A stretch of DNA of 64,000 bases from Microgenomates group bacterium Gr01-1014_5 (GCA_007376395.1 VMGE01000004.1:70431-134430), one strand, 5' to 3'; shown: positions 39,192 to 48,248, counted from the stretch's first letter. Translations and numbers: made by a program. Notes: generated by a model from the sequence alone, not told the origin.

Positions 39192-40104
39192 TGGTGATGG
39201 CAACTACTGCTTGTTCAGAAATACCAAATAAATCTTCGATGACTCTTACTTCATCAGAATAAGCATGTTTGCTACGAACTACCCCATCTGCTTCTATTGA
39301 AGTTGTCCACGGCTCATCTGTCCCCCATACAAGATTACCCTTCATCAACTGATAATATCTTAATAACGAGCTCGCGGGTTTCAACGGATCTATCATATTT
39401 GGATACTTTACGCTAGTATTACCCTCAGAAACAGCAGCGCATAATTGCAAAAAGGGAGAGCAGTCTATGTATATATTGCCCATTCTCGAAATCTCAAAGA
39501 TTGCTTCCTGGTCAAGTGCTGCCAAGTGTGCAACACATAATCTAAGCTTTGGGAATTGTCGGCCTATCTCTAAAATATTGCCTGGGCGAGACAGTGCATC
39601 TGGACCCGAATGAACTAAAATAGGCAAATTATTACCCTGAGCAAACTCAGCGAATCCGCTTGTAATAAGTTTCTCTGCGCCACAACCACAGGCTAGAGTA
39701 TGAAATTTTAAGCCGTAAATTTTACCTGAATCTAAAAGTTCTCTTAAAAAATCGATCTGCTTGTGTACTTCTGTGTTCGGATCAATACACGCGAAAGGAA
39801 ATATATCTCCCTTAAATTGTTCACAATCACTGACAAGCACCCTGTTTTCTGTTTGATAAGGGAAGTCTTGAAAACCTGATGGCTCCCTTCTCCCTTCCAA
39901 AACCAAGGTTCTTGTGTTGTAATAAGTCGAACCTGGAAATGGAAAAGTGACTACTTTGTCAACACCTGCAAGTCTAGCCTTGAACATTAAGTCGGAAACA
40001 GCTTGTGTGTGGGGTAAGTTTCCTACAAAATAGTTATATGCATCAGTTCCCCCAGAATGAGTATGGCAATCTATGGCATTTCTAATCCCAAGTTCTTTTA
40101 ACAT
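39160..40104 (-). CDS. Amidohydrolase (TIM-barrel, Amidohydro_2-like)
   Basis: IDCHTH, GLKFH, LVHSG, VAHL, WGTDEP. Confidence 0.88.
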   Translation of the reverse strand: MLKELGIRNAIDCHTHSGGTDAYNYFVGNLPHTQAVSDLMFKARLAGVDKVVTFPFPGSTYYNTRTLVLEGRREPSGFQDFPYQTENRVLVSDCEQFKGDIFPFACIDPNTEVHKQIDFLRELLDSGKIYGLKFHTLACGCGAEKLITSGFAEFAQGNNLPILVHSGPDALSRPGNILEIGRQFPKLRLCVAHLAALDQEAIFEISRMGNIYIDCSPFLQLCAAVSEGNTSVKYPNMIDPLKPASSLLRYYQLMKGNLVWGTDEPWTTSIEADGVVRSKHAYSDEVRVIEDLFGISEQAVVAITTINTQNFLFG

Positions 40105-41348
40105 CAGTGGTTTATAAGTTTTCCGTCTATAAATTCTGAAGTAATCTTTTGAACCTTGTCTAGATAACTATTAACAACTTTATAGACAACCGCCTTGTCT
40201 GCTAGTGTGACTACTCGAATTAACCAAGGTTTGTCGAGAGGTCCACCGTTTTGCGAAACTATTTCAACAATATTTGATTTACCTGTTTTTTTATATAACT
40301 TAGATGATATCTTCTTGGTCACGACTGAATATATAAAACCAGAATAATACCTGGGATTTTTACCGTTAACACCTTCCATACTCATCGGTCTGTTTGATGT
40401 GATAAGACCGTTTGCTCTATTGCCTCTCCCAACAACACCGATATCACCAGACAAAGATGCACCTGATACCGTAAGATATACATTCAACTTTTCGTAATCA
40501 TCCTTTGTATTAATAGATATATCGATAGAATGTTTAGGTAAGTGTGTTTTAAATTTTCCCTCTATTATCCTACCAATAGTTTCTAAATTATTTTTGTAAT
40601 TCGTAAGGGAATGTACGTATTTTGCAATTTGCGGTATACACAAAGTAATACCAATTTTTTTCTGATTTCTAACAGCCATAATCTTAATATCAGATCCCAA
40701 CCACTTAAATTTCACTTTTGTTTTCTTATCGTTCAAGAACTTCTCCACTCTAAGTACTGCCGTCTCTAATTCTGAGTATGGAGAATATGCTATACAGTAT
40801 GAGGTGTCGTTCGCTACCAACTTCTCATAACCTCTGACGTGTACTTTATCCTTAGGTGAGAACATACTAGCTATAGCTCCTTTGCTATTTTTAATAGTTC
40901 CTGGACCGGGATAATCTGTTAGTTTGTTTTCTATCTTTATGTCGTGTTCGAGATCGACCAGAGGAAAGCGCTCTTTAAAATAATTTTTTATCGACGAACT
41001 TAATATCTCGTTCACAGGGATATCGTTTCCCTTATAAGAATAGGTAATCCTTCCTGCAATAATTACTCTAATTGGTTCTAGAAATTCTCCCCCACCGAAA
41101 TCGATCCTAGTCTTTCCACCGATTATCATAAGCTTGTCTATCTGATGGTGAAGAACTAACCCATCACATCTCTTTGTTGTATAAATGGAATATCTACGAC
41201 TAAGATCAGCAGCTAAACTATCTGCAATACTGTCAGGATGTCCCAGACCCTTCCTTTCGATTGTTTCAAAATCCCCATAAAAAGGGTTTGCATCTACTAT
41301 TGTAAGATGACTCGTCTTAATCCCATTTGGCCCAAAAGATATCGACAT
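40104..41348 (-). CDS. Archaeal-type S-adenosylmethionine synthetase
   Basis: ERKGLGHPD, HH..DK, ANDTS, DIKIM..R, GRGNR.NGLIT..RPMSME...GKNP. Confidence 0.9.
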   Translation of the reverse strand: MSISFGPNGIKTSHLTIVDANPFYGDFETIERKGLGHPDSIADSLAADLSRRYSIYTTKRCDGLVLHHQIDKLMIIGGKTRIDFGGGEFLEPIRVIIAGRITYSYKGNDIPVNEILSSSIKNYFKERFPLVDLEHDIKIENKLTDYPGPGTIKNSKGAIASMFSPKDKVHVRGYEKLVANDTSYCIAYSPYSELETAVLRVEKFLNDKKTKVKFKWLGSDIKIMAVRNQKKIGITLCIPQIAKYVHSLTNYKNNLETIGRIIEGKFKTHLPKHSIDISINTKDDYEKLNVYLTVSGASLSGDIGVVGRGNRANGLITSNRPMSMEGVNGKNPRYYSGFIYSVVTKKISSKLYKKTGKSNIVEIVSQNGGPLDKPWLIRVVTLADKAVVYKVVNSYLDKVQKITSEFIDGKLINH

Positions 41349-41543
41349 GTTTAATATTTATAAAAACAGTATTGCTACGCATAGCGCGCCCTATCACTTC
41401 TAAATTCGTTTTAGATTGCTTCAAGGTGGCGTGTTATTATAACAAAAACACACAACCTAATACTCTTTTTGAGCAATTTCTCTCTCTTGCACATTCTTGG
41501 TTAAAATTTGATTTTCCTTAAAACTTCCTATATACTCTGCCAA

Positions 41544-41915
41544 ATGTTACTCGAAAAACTAGGTAGCTACCTAACTGCTGCTGAAACCAAAGAGCAGATA
41601 ATAGAACAATGTAAAAAGACAATTGAAAAACTTGGATTGTTTGAAACTTTGCTAGATCTTACCTCAAATAATACTCAGGTTACCTTAGACTTGGATACGT
41701 CTATACCCAATAATAAGATTTATATTCAGCTGAAAGTAACACAAAAATTTCCAGGGACGGCAACCGAGATAACGATAGGGGTTAAACCAGACGAAGCAAC
41801 GGTTCATGGCCAGAAGACAGACGAAGAACGTTATAAGAAATTTGACGTAGTAAATACACCCATAGATCAACTTCAACGGGAGTTTAGAGAAACAATCAAA
41901 GGCCTCGTCTCTTAA
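41544..41915 (+). CDS. Hypothetical protein
   Basis: About 123 aa from ATG, -10-like TATACT upstream. Confidence 0.65.
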   Translation: MLLEKLGSYLTAAETKEQIIEQCKKTIEKLGLFETLLDLTSNNTQVTLDLDTSIPNNKIYIQLKVTQKFPGTATEITIGVKPDEATVHGQKTDEERYKKFDVVNTPIDQLQREFRETIKGLVS

Positions 41916-41925
41916 AACTAAGCTC

Positions 41926-41964
41926 CTATGGTGCGATTTCTCTCCAAACGAAGCCGGTGCGACG
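41926..41964 (-). pseudogene. Orphan 3' tip of the WREIxP gene family
   Basis: Minus strand reads RRTGFVWREIAP-stop, versus LRKGKVWREIVP-stop of the intact gene. Confidence 0.75.
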
Positions 41965-41990
41965 CGGTGAAAAATTGAAAATATTAAATA

Positions 41991-42356
41991 TCACTCGAGC
42001 AAAACTTTGTTATCCAGAATGCTCGGGTATCTAACGCCTAAAATTGTCAATTCTTCTTTAACTTCGATTATTTTTTCTGGTGTGTCTTCTGGAACAGCTA
42101 GGTAATCCCCTTTTTCCAGTTCAAACGTTTCCTTGCCGACTCTAAATACAGCCTCGCCTTTTAAGACTACCATATATTCTCTTCCTTTTGGATGTTTGTG
42201 CAATTTGTCTGATGGCGTACCAGGTACAAAGGTCTTGTAATATATCTCTATGTGATCATCTTTGAAAGAGCTTCCGTCAGGGAAAAATTGCCCCACCAGC
42301 CAGCCTCTCATTGTTTTTTGCTGGACAGAAACTTTCCCTATTTGAATATTACTCAT
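41991..42356 (-). CDS. Cupin domain protein
   Basis: RGWLVGQF, H.HP...EY..VL.G, GD...VP. Confidence 0.85.
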   Translation of the reverse strand: MSNIQIGKVSVQQKTMRGWLVGQFFPDGSSFKDDHIEIYYKTFVPGTPSDKLHKHPKGREYMVVLKGEAVFRVGKETFELEKGDYLAVPEDTPEKIIEVKEELTILGVRYPSILDNKVLLE

Positions 42357-42921
42357 TTTTATTCCTTTGTTCGCTCTCGATATTGTTAACGAGTTCTGCC
42401 AGTTCTTCCTCGGTTAACAAACGTATATCTAGTTCTTTGGCGACTTCGCGAATCTTATTTTCTGCTTCGCTCTTCTTGTTTTCATCATCAACGACCAACT
42501 CAAGCTCCAAGTGATATTGCCAATGCTCGCTAAATTTTAGTGCAAGTTCGACTCCATTATATAAGTAATTATTTCTTTTTTGAAAAGAATGCATTATGTT
42601 ATCGGTAACTTTCAGTTTAGTAAATATTTCTACTGCTCTGCCTACTTCACTTTGCTGTACAGGGAATTCTATTTCTTCAAAAGCGCTTCCCTTGCCAATT
42701 CTATTTAATTTTAGAGTTATTTTCGCTGTACCTTGAGAAGTGTTGCTGGTAACTTTCAAAAGCTTGTCGGGAAAAATGAAGAAGTGCACGTCTTTATCGT
42801 CTTCACCCAAGTTTTCTGCGTTTTTATCCAGAAATTGTTTAAGACGGTCGTATTCTGCCTTGTCAAAAACAGACCTAAATTCTATTTCAAAATTTCTCGC
42901 AGACTTGTTCGCTTTCTTCAT
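42349..42921 (-). CDS. CYTH (triphosphate tunnel) domain protein
   Basis: EIEFR, ITLK, EEIEF, KR..Y, LELE. Confidence 0.85.
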   Translation of the reverse strand: MKKANKSARNFEIEFRSVFDKAEYDRLKQFLDKNAENLGEDDKDVHFFIFPDKLLKVTSNTSQGTAKITLKLNRIGKGSAFEEIEFPVQQSEVGRAVEIFTKLKVTDNIMHSFQKRNNYLYNGVELALKFSEHWQYHLELELVVDDENKKSEAENKIREVAKELDIRLLTEEELAELVNNIESEQRNKNE

Positions 42922-42992
42922 CGCGTGAAGAAAGTATAACAGAGCTGGACATAAGACAAAAAACATATTATTACAATGCTATAATCTTATTT

Positions 42993-43451
42993 ATGGAAGA
43001 TAGAAAAATACATATTCGTTTAAGACTTATTATTATAAAAAATGGCAAGCTTTTAGCTTCATATACCAAAAAACGCGATTTTTACTTTTATATCGGAGGC
43101 CATATGGAAAATGGAGAAACAGTGCTTCAAGGGTGCAAGAGAGAAATTATTGAGGAATGTGGGGAAGGAACTGAATTTACACTAAACAAAATTCTTTATA
43201 TTAGAGATTTCTTTGACCCGGATAACGGCGAACAAAATCTTGAGCTTTTTATTTTGGGTGATATTAATAAAGATAAAGGGCTTGAACACAAATTAGATTA
43301 TCAACACCCTGACGGTTCGATGTGGTTAACCTGGCTCGATGTCGAAAATTTACCTAATAATATATTCCCCAAACAATTAAGCAGTAAACTTTTGGAAGAT
43401 TACAAGCAAGGATTCCCTAACTCCGGGGAATATATTGGCGAAATTGAATAA
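42993..43451 (+). CDS. NUDIX hydrolase
   Basis: GGHMENGETVLQGCKREIIEECG. Confidence 0.9.
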   Translation: MEDRKIHIRLRLIIIKNGKLLASYTKKRDFYFYIGGHMENGETVLQGCKREIIEECGEGTEFTLNKILYIRDFFDPDNGEQNLELFILGDINKDKGLEHKLDYQHPDGSMWLTWLDVENLPNNIFPKQLSSKLLEDYKQGFPNSGEYIGEIE

Positions 43452-43453
43452 TA

Positions 43454-43483
43454 CTACGGCGCAATCTCGCGCCTGACAGTCCC
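43454..43483 (-). pseudogene. Orphan 3' tip of the WREIxP gene family
   Basis: Minus strand GGG ACT GTC AGG CGC GAG ATT GCG CCG TAG = GTVRREIAP-stop. Confidence 0.65.
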
Positions 43484-43530
43484 CATTATATTCATTTAAA
43501 AAGAAAGATGTATGTCAGCCTACTCACACT

Positions 43531-44613
43531 CTAAAAAGCCAGGAGCGCCCCGAAGATTATTAGTAAGAATCCGGCTCCGATAGCCAGGTAAGTTGGAAGG
43601 CTAAACCCGGCAACCGGTGTCTCGCCTGAGGGTGTGGTTGTTCCCCCTTGAACTCCGGAAACAGTAAATGTGGTGGTGTAAGTCCCGTTAGAATCGGTAA
43701 TGGTAAGCGTGTGCGTTCCTGCTGACAAGGTCGAAGGGATGGCGTAACTCCATTTACCTGTTGCGTCGGCCTTGACTGTAGCCGTTATCGGTTCAGATTG
43801 AATTGTAATGGTTACGTTGGAATTTGGTTTGGCAGTTCCTGTGATTGTATCCCCTGCCTTGACCGTCTTGTTGGCTGGCAGTGTGACCGTAGGTTTTGCG
43901 GCTGGCGAGGCTGAGGCTGAAGGCGCTGCTGATGGTGAAGGCGAGGCAATTGATCCGCCAACTGGTGCAGTAGATGGGCTAGGAGAGGCAGAACTTCCCG
44001 CTACGGGAGACGCCGAGGGTGAGGGTGATAACGGTAATGCTGGCGAGGCTGATGCTACCTGTGCCGGTGATGGAGAAACAGCTCCACCAGCCGCCAGAAT
44101 AGATATGGTTGCCGGATTTTTAGCAATAATGACGTTTGTCGCTTCGCTGGTTCCCGCGGCCTTAGTATTCGGACCAAAAGTAATTGCCGCATTCCCTGCG
44201 GCCTTTGCTTCAAATTTAAGTGTGGCGATGGTCCCTTTTCCCTGGGGAGGGTTGGCTGGTTGTGCTCCTAAAGAAATAGTGGCAGACCCGGCTGTATTGT
44301 TGATTTGGGCTTTAGCTAATTCGACCGGTAAAAGTGTCGAAGGAGAAAAACTGGCGAGTGTTAGCTTTTCTTTATCGAAATTAATCTCCAGCTCAGTTCC
44401 GGAGAGAACGTTGGTCGAAGTGTCTACCTCAACCGTAACATCAAAGCTTTCCCCGACCAAAATAGTCTTAGCTGGTTTTTTAATACTAATGGTTGTTGCC
44501 GGAGCCGCTTTTTCGCGGAGATCTTGCTGTTGGCGCATTAAATAAAGCCCGGCTCCCAAGCCAGCCAAGATTAAAAATAAAACAATAATAGCGACAATTT
44601 TCTTTGTACTCAT
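43531..44613 (-). CDS. Cohesin-domain surface protein with Ser/Pro linker, Ig-like domain and C-terminal TM
   Basis: N-TM, GESFDV.V...I.FD...L cohesin fold, SPSP repeats, GTA.PNS.V...ADATGKWS, TPVAG plus TM. Confidence 0.85.
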   Translation of the reverse strand: MSTKKIVAIIVLFLILAGLGAGLYLMRQQQDLREKAAPATTISIKKPAKTILVGESFDVTVEVDTSTNVLSGTELEINFDKEKLTLASFSPSTLLPVELAKAQINNTAGSATISLGAQPANPPQGKGTIATLKFEAKAAGNAAITFGPNTKAAGTSEATNVIIAKNPATISILAAGGAVSPSPAQVASASPALPLSPSPSASPVAGSSASPSPSTAPVGGSIASPSPSAAPSASASPAAKPTVTLPANKTVKAGDTITGTAKPNSNVTITIQSEPITATVKADATGKWSYAIPSTLSAGTHTLTITDSNGTYTTTFTVSGVQGGTTTPSGETPVAGFSLPTYLAIGAGFLLIIFGALLAF

Positions 44614-44615
44614 AT

Positions 44616-45164
44616 CTAATCAACAATTATATAGCCTGCGGTGGTTTCTTTTAAAACATTAAAGGATTTTTGCACAGCTGCTGCCTGGCTCCCTTCGAGA
44701 CTTAGATTACTCCTGCCTTTTTGCAGACCTTTAATTTTTATTTTTGCAACAGTCCCCTTTCCCTGTTTTGCCCTAATACCTCCAAGAACAAAAGTAACGT
44801 TACCTTTCTTTTGGTTAATCGTTTGCTCTAAAACGTTTGCTTTTTCAAAAAACAACCCAGGAGTAATATCTGTAACTTCGATAAATTTTGGGTTGTAGGA
44901 AAGTACGGCTTCTACTGCGCTTACTGAATCTTCATTCGTGTCGATGTTAATCGTCACGAAAGTTTCAACACCTTTTTTAACCGTAATATTTGCCGGGTTA
45001 AGGGTCAATATTGTTGTTTTTTCCTCACTTAACGCTTGAACATTCAATTTGTTTACGGATAATTTATCCGTACCGGATACAAGATATGAAAAAGTACCCA
45101 CACCAATTAGTGCCAGGCATAAAAAAGCGAGACTCCAGTTTTTAAGGACAGAATTTGTTTCCAT
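44616..45164 (-). CDS. Cohesin-domain protein
   Basis: LTLNP...V.INIDT....VSA...LSYNP...G.GTVA.I. Confidence 0.82.
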   Translation of the reverse strand: METNSVLKNWSLAFLCLALIGVGTFSYLVSGTDKLSVNKLNVQALSEEKTTILTLNPANITVKKGVETFVTINIDTNEDSVSAVEAVLSYNPKFIEVTDITPGLFFEKANVLEQTINQKKGNVTFVLGGIRAKQGKGTVAKIKIKGLQKGRSNLSLEGSQAAAVQKSFNVLKETTAGYIIVD

Positions 45165-46276
45165 TAATCCCCTACTTTGCCGAAGTTTTGCACGACAAGA
45201 TTGTAATCAAAAATGTCGACGTCGTTGTCGAAATCTAAATCAGCAGGACTTCCCCCGGAAGGCATTCTTGACCCAAAATCCTGGACGATTATATTGTAAT
45301 CAAAAATGTCGACAACATTATTGTCAACAATATCTCCAGCTATTAATCCAAGATACCCGTCTTTCGGAACAGTTACGGTTTTGCCCGTACTGAAACCTAC
45401 CGTGCCAATTTTCTTTCTCAGCTGGGATAGCGCATTTACAAAAATGTGGTAGGTACCGATAGGTGCCGTTAGGCTGGCGGTATATGTTCCGTCGCCGTTG
45501 GTTACGGCACCTGAGGTAGCGCTTGAATCCATTGGTTGACCAGAATCGGCAAGTGCAGATTCGAATCTAACATCAACGGGAATTTTCCGGCCGCGTTCGG
45601 TAGCTGATCCTGAGGTCACCCCTTCAAATTTAAGGTTAAGAATAAGATTGTCGACGGAAGGTGGGTTTGATTTTGAAACGTATACACTCGCCGGGTAAAA
45701 ATTACTCGCGACATTTACTTGTTTGTAAATGGCCGCGACTTGCGAACCGTCTGCCAGGGAAAGAGTGGCGTTGCCTTCTTGATTTGAAGCCACGAATTTA
45801 ATGGTGGCCACTTTGCCATAGCCTGAAACTGGTGTTTCTGTTTTACTACCGACTGCGAAAGAAATTGTTGTGGGCGGTGGCGGGTATTGAAGTGTCATTA
45901 CGTCAGGAATTGTGGGTTCTTCTAGGATTACCGGCAGAAAGCCGCCCACAGTCACCCCTGCTTCTTCTGCGTGCAATAGTGTGCCGTCATAAGTCAAAAC
46001 AATCTCTGCGGCAGTGACATTATTAGAACCAGTGTCCAACATGACGTCGACATAAAATGTTTGGTTTGGTGCGACGTTTATAATGTCAGGCTGAAGTGAC
46101 AGTGTTGCCGGGAATTCATAGCCGCCAGTACCGGAAACAGGAGAACCGGCTCGCGAGAATGGATTCGTTGGAGAAAGCGCGAGATAAACAATTACCGGGG
46201 TAACCAAAAGAAAGACAAAAAGGCTTGTTAGGGCAAATCGTTGAGTGAAGTTTAAACTACGCCATTTTAGGAACAC
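45164..46276 (-). CDS. Cohesin plus dockerin domain protein
   Basis: Cohesin-like domain, then duplicated Ca-binding repeats GDIVDNNVVDIFDYN / ADLDFDNDVDIFDYN. Confidence 0.88.
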   Translation of the reverse strand: MFLKWRSLNFTQRFALTSLFVFLLVTPVIVYLALSPTNPFSRAGSPVSGTGGYEFPATLSLQPDIINVAPNQTFYVDVMLDTGSNNVTAAEIVLTYDGTLLHAEEAGVTVGGFLPVILEEPTIPDVMTLQYPPPPTTISFAVGSKTETPVSGYGKVATIKFVASNQEGNATLSLADGSQVAAIYKQVNVASNFYPASVYVSKSNPPSVDNLILNLKFEGVTSGSATERGRKIPVDVRFESALADSGQPMDSSATSGAVTNGDGTYTASLTAPIGTYHIFVNALSQLRKKIGTVGFSTGKTVTVPKDGYLGLIAGDIVDNNVVDIFDYNIIVQDFGSRMPSGGSPADLDFDNDVDIFDYNLVVQNFGKVGD

Positions 46277-46312
46277 ACCCTACTGTAATATACTATTAAT
46301 AGGAGTGTCAAC

Positions 46313-47539
46313 TTGAGATTTATTACGCGGTTAACTATTCTTAAAATTACCTTTTTTTCAGGGATTTTTTTGCTTCCTTTTATAGTTTGGCCTGCCTCAC
46401 CTACTCCTTTTGAAGTTCCCAGGGTGTGGGTATTTTCCCGCTGGGTTGAATTATTAGTTTTTCTGTTGGTTTTTAATCTTGGAAAAATTCAAAACAAACC
46501 AAATGTTTGGCTTTTATTTCTTACTCTTGCATTTTTCTTAATCGAGGCTGGCGCTTCTTGGTTTGGAGTTGATTGGACAAAGAGTTTAATCGGCAACTAT
46601 TACCGCGCCGATGGCCTTATCACTCTACTGCATTCTGTGATTCTTGTATTTTTCCTCGCTTTATTTTGGACCAAGAGTTATTCACGGACACTGGCTTATG
46701 TTTTTCTTTTTAGCTCTGCTCTGGTTTCTTTTTGGGCGCTTGATGAATTTATTAGCCTGCATTTTTTGAGAAACCTGAGTATTCCTAATTTTTCCGGAGC
46801 AGTTGGCGCTTCGTTTGGCCAGCCTAATTTTTTGTCCGGGTATCTTTTAGTCGGACTCCCCTTCTCGTTTTATGCCTACACCTTAAATAGCGGAGGTTTT
46901 CGTGCACTTGTTAGAATCGGCATTATATTACAAGTCTTGGCTGTCTTTTTAACTATGTCATGGGGTGGCATCCTTGGATTAATTCTGCTGTTGCTTTTTT
47001 ACTTTCTTTTGTCAGGTAAAAAACTAGCAGTCAAAATTTCTCTTGGGTTAGTATTGTCACTGACCCTGGCCGGCGCATTATTTTATTATGCCCAAAGCCG
47101 TCCTAAATTTGTAGCTGGTTTTCAAGAAATCGCTCTTCATCCCCAAAGCAGGGAGCGCATTATTAAAAACACGTTATATGCGTTTAATCTAAAGCCGTTT
47201 GCCGGATGGGGGCGGTCAAATTTTGATTATGCTTTCACGGCCAATCCCAACGACACAAGGTATGGCAGTGATGTTTATGTGGACCGCGCACATTCGGTGC
47301 TGGCTGAGACTGCTATTTCCTCGGGAGTAATAGGCCTTACTGCTTATCTTTCTTTGGCTATTTTTGCGCTTGTATTGATTTTAGTCCGGTTAAGGAAAGG
47401 TAAGGACACTGGTTGGAATAAAGCACTACTAATATCACTACTGCTCTACCTTTTCCACTCACAGACAAACGTTATTTCAATTAATGAAGAATTTTTCTTC
47501 TGGCTCATTGCAGGGATCGTGGCAAGTAATGAGTCGTAA
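46313..47539 (+). CDS. O-antigen ligase family protein (possible O-oligosaccharyltransferase)
   Basis: FGQPNFL.GYL, T.S.GG, R..I, GWG..NF, DRAH, G.IG. Confidence 0.88.
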   Translation: MRFITRLTILKITFFSGIFLLPFIVWPASPTPFEVPRVWVFSRWVELLVFLLVFNLGKIQNKPNVWLLFLTLAFFLIEAGASWFGVDWTKSLIGNYYRADGLITLLHSVILVFFLALFWTKSYSRTLAYVFLFSSALVSFWALDEFISLHFLRNLSIPNFSGAVGASFGQPNFLSGYLLVGLPFSFYAYTLNSGGFRALVRIGIILQVLAVFLTMSWGGILGLILLLLFYFLLSGKKLAVKISLGLVLSLTLAGALFYYAQSRPKFVAGFQEIALHPQSRERIIKNTLYAFNLKPFAGWGRSNFDYAFTANPNDTRYGSDVYVDRAHSVLAETAISSGVIGLTAYLSLAIFALVLILVRLRKGKDTGWNKALLISLLLYLFHSQTNVISINEEFFFWLIAGIVASNES

Positions 47540-47597
47540 ACCCTCTTTTTTAGCTTTCCAAACCGGGTTTGGAAAGCTAAAGTGGAATTCTGAATGG

Positions 47598-48248
47598 TTA
47601 CGTTTTTTTGAAGAATTTACTTTTGTAAATGACGTATGCCGTAATAACAACGACAGCAAAAATAACTAATCCCCAATAAGCATCTTTTGTATAGAGGTTC
47701 ATATAGAATTCTTCACCGGCATAATAAAGTATTGTGTCGGGAAGAAGGGAAATTAAAGTAGCTAAAATAAAGCGAGGGTAACTAATTTTGGAAAGACCCG
47801 CAAGGTAGCTGATAAAATCCATAACCGGGCCGGTTGTAAACCTAAGCACCAAAAAACCAAGAAACTCTGTTCTTGCAGAAAGCTTTTCTTCCCAATGGTG
47901 CAACTCCTGCAAAGGTACAAAACGTTTTACAAAAGGTTCTCTGAACTTTCGAGCTAAAGCAAAGGCGAGACTGGTACCTATAAGCATTCCAAGAGAGGAG
48001 AAAATAAACGACCAAAACCAGCCAAAGGCAGGAAGAAGCGCTAGCGAAACAACTCCGCCCGGCAGAGGCGGGATAACGATAGCCAGTATTCTCCAGAAAA
48101 TTACCAAAAAAGGCGCGAGAAAGGTGTGTTCTTTAGCAAAAGCAATGATCGCGTCAAGGTTTGAAGGAACAAGGAATACAAAGAGAGTCAAAGAAAACCC
48201 AGTCAGTAAAAGGGTTAACAAAGCAAGCCCTTTGGGTTGTTTATGCAC
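47598..48248 (-). CDS. DedA/VTT (TVP38/TMEM64) membrane protein
   Basis: IVIPPLPG, FG...., LAF.LAR, LRF....DFISYLAGL. Confidence 0.88.
   Translation of the reverse strand: MHKQPKGLALLTLLLTGFSLTLFVFLVPSNLDAIIAFAKEHTFLAPFLVIFWRILAIVIPPLPGGVVSLALLPAFGWFWSFIFSSLGMLIGTSLAFALARKFREPFVKRFVPLQELHHWEEKLSARTEFLGFLVLRFTTGPVMDFISYLAGLSKISYPRFILATLISLLPDTILYYAGEEFYMNLYTKDAYWGLVIFAVVVITAYVIYKSKFFKKT

Noticed and set aside
45180-45325. Direct DNA repeat TTGTAATCAAAAATGTCGAC
   Set aside because: Explained by the two Ca-binding repeats of the dockerin domain.
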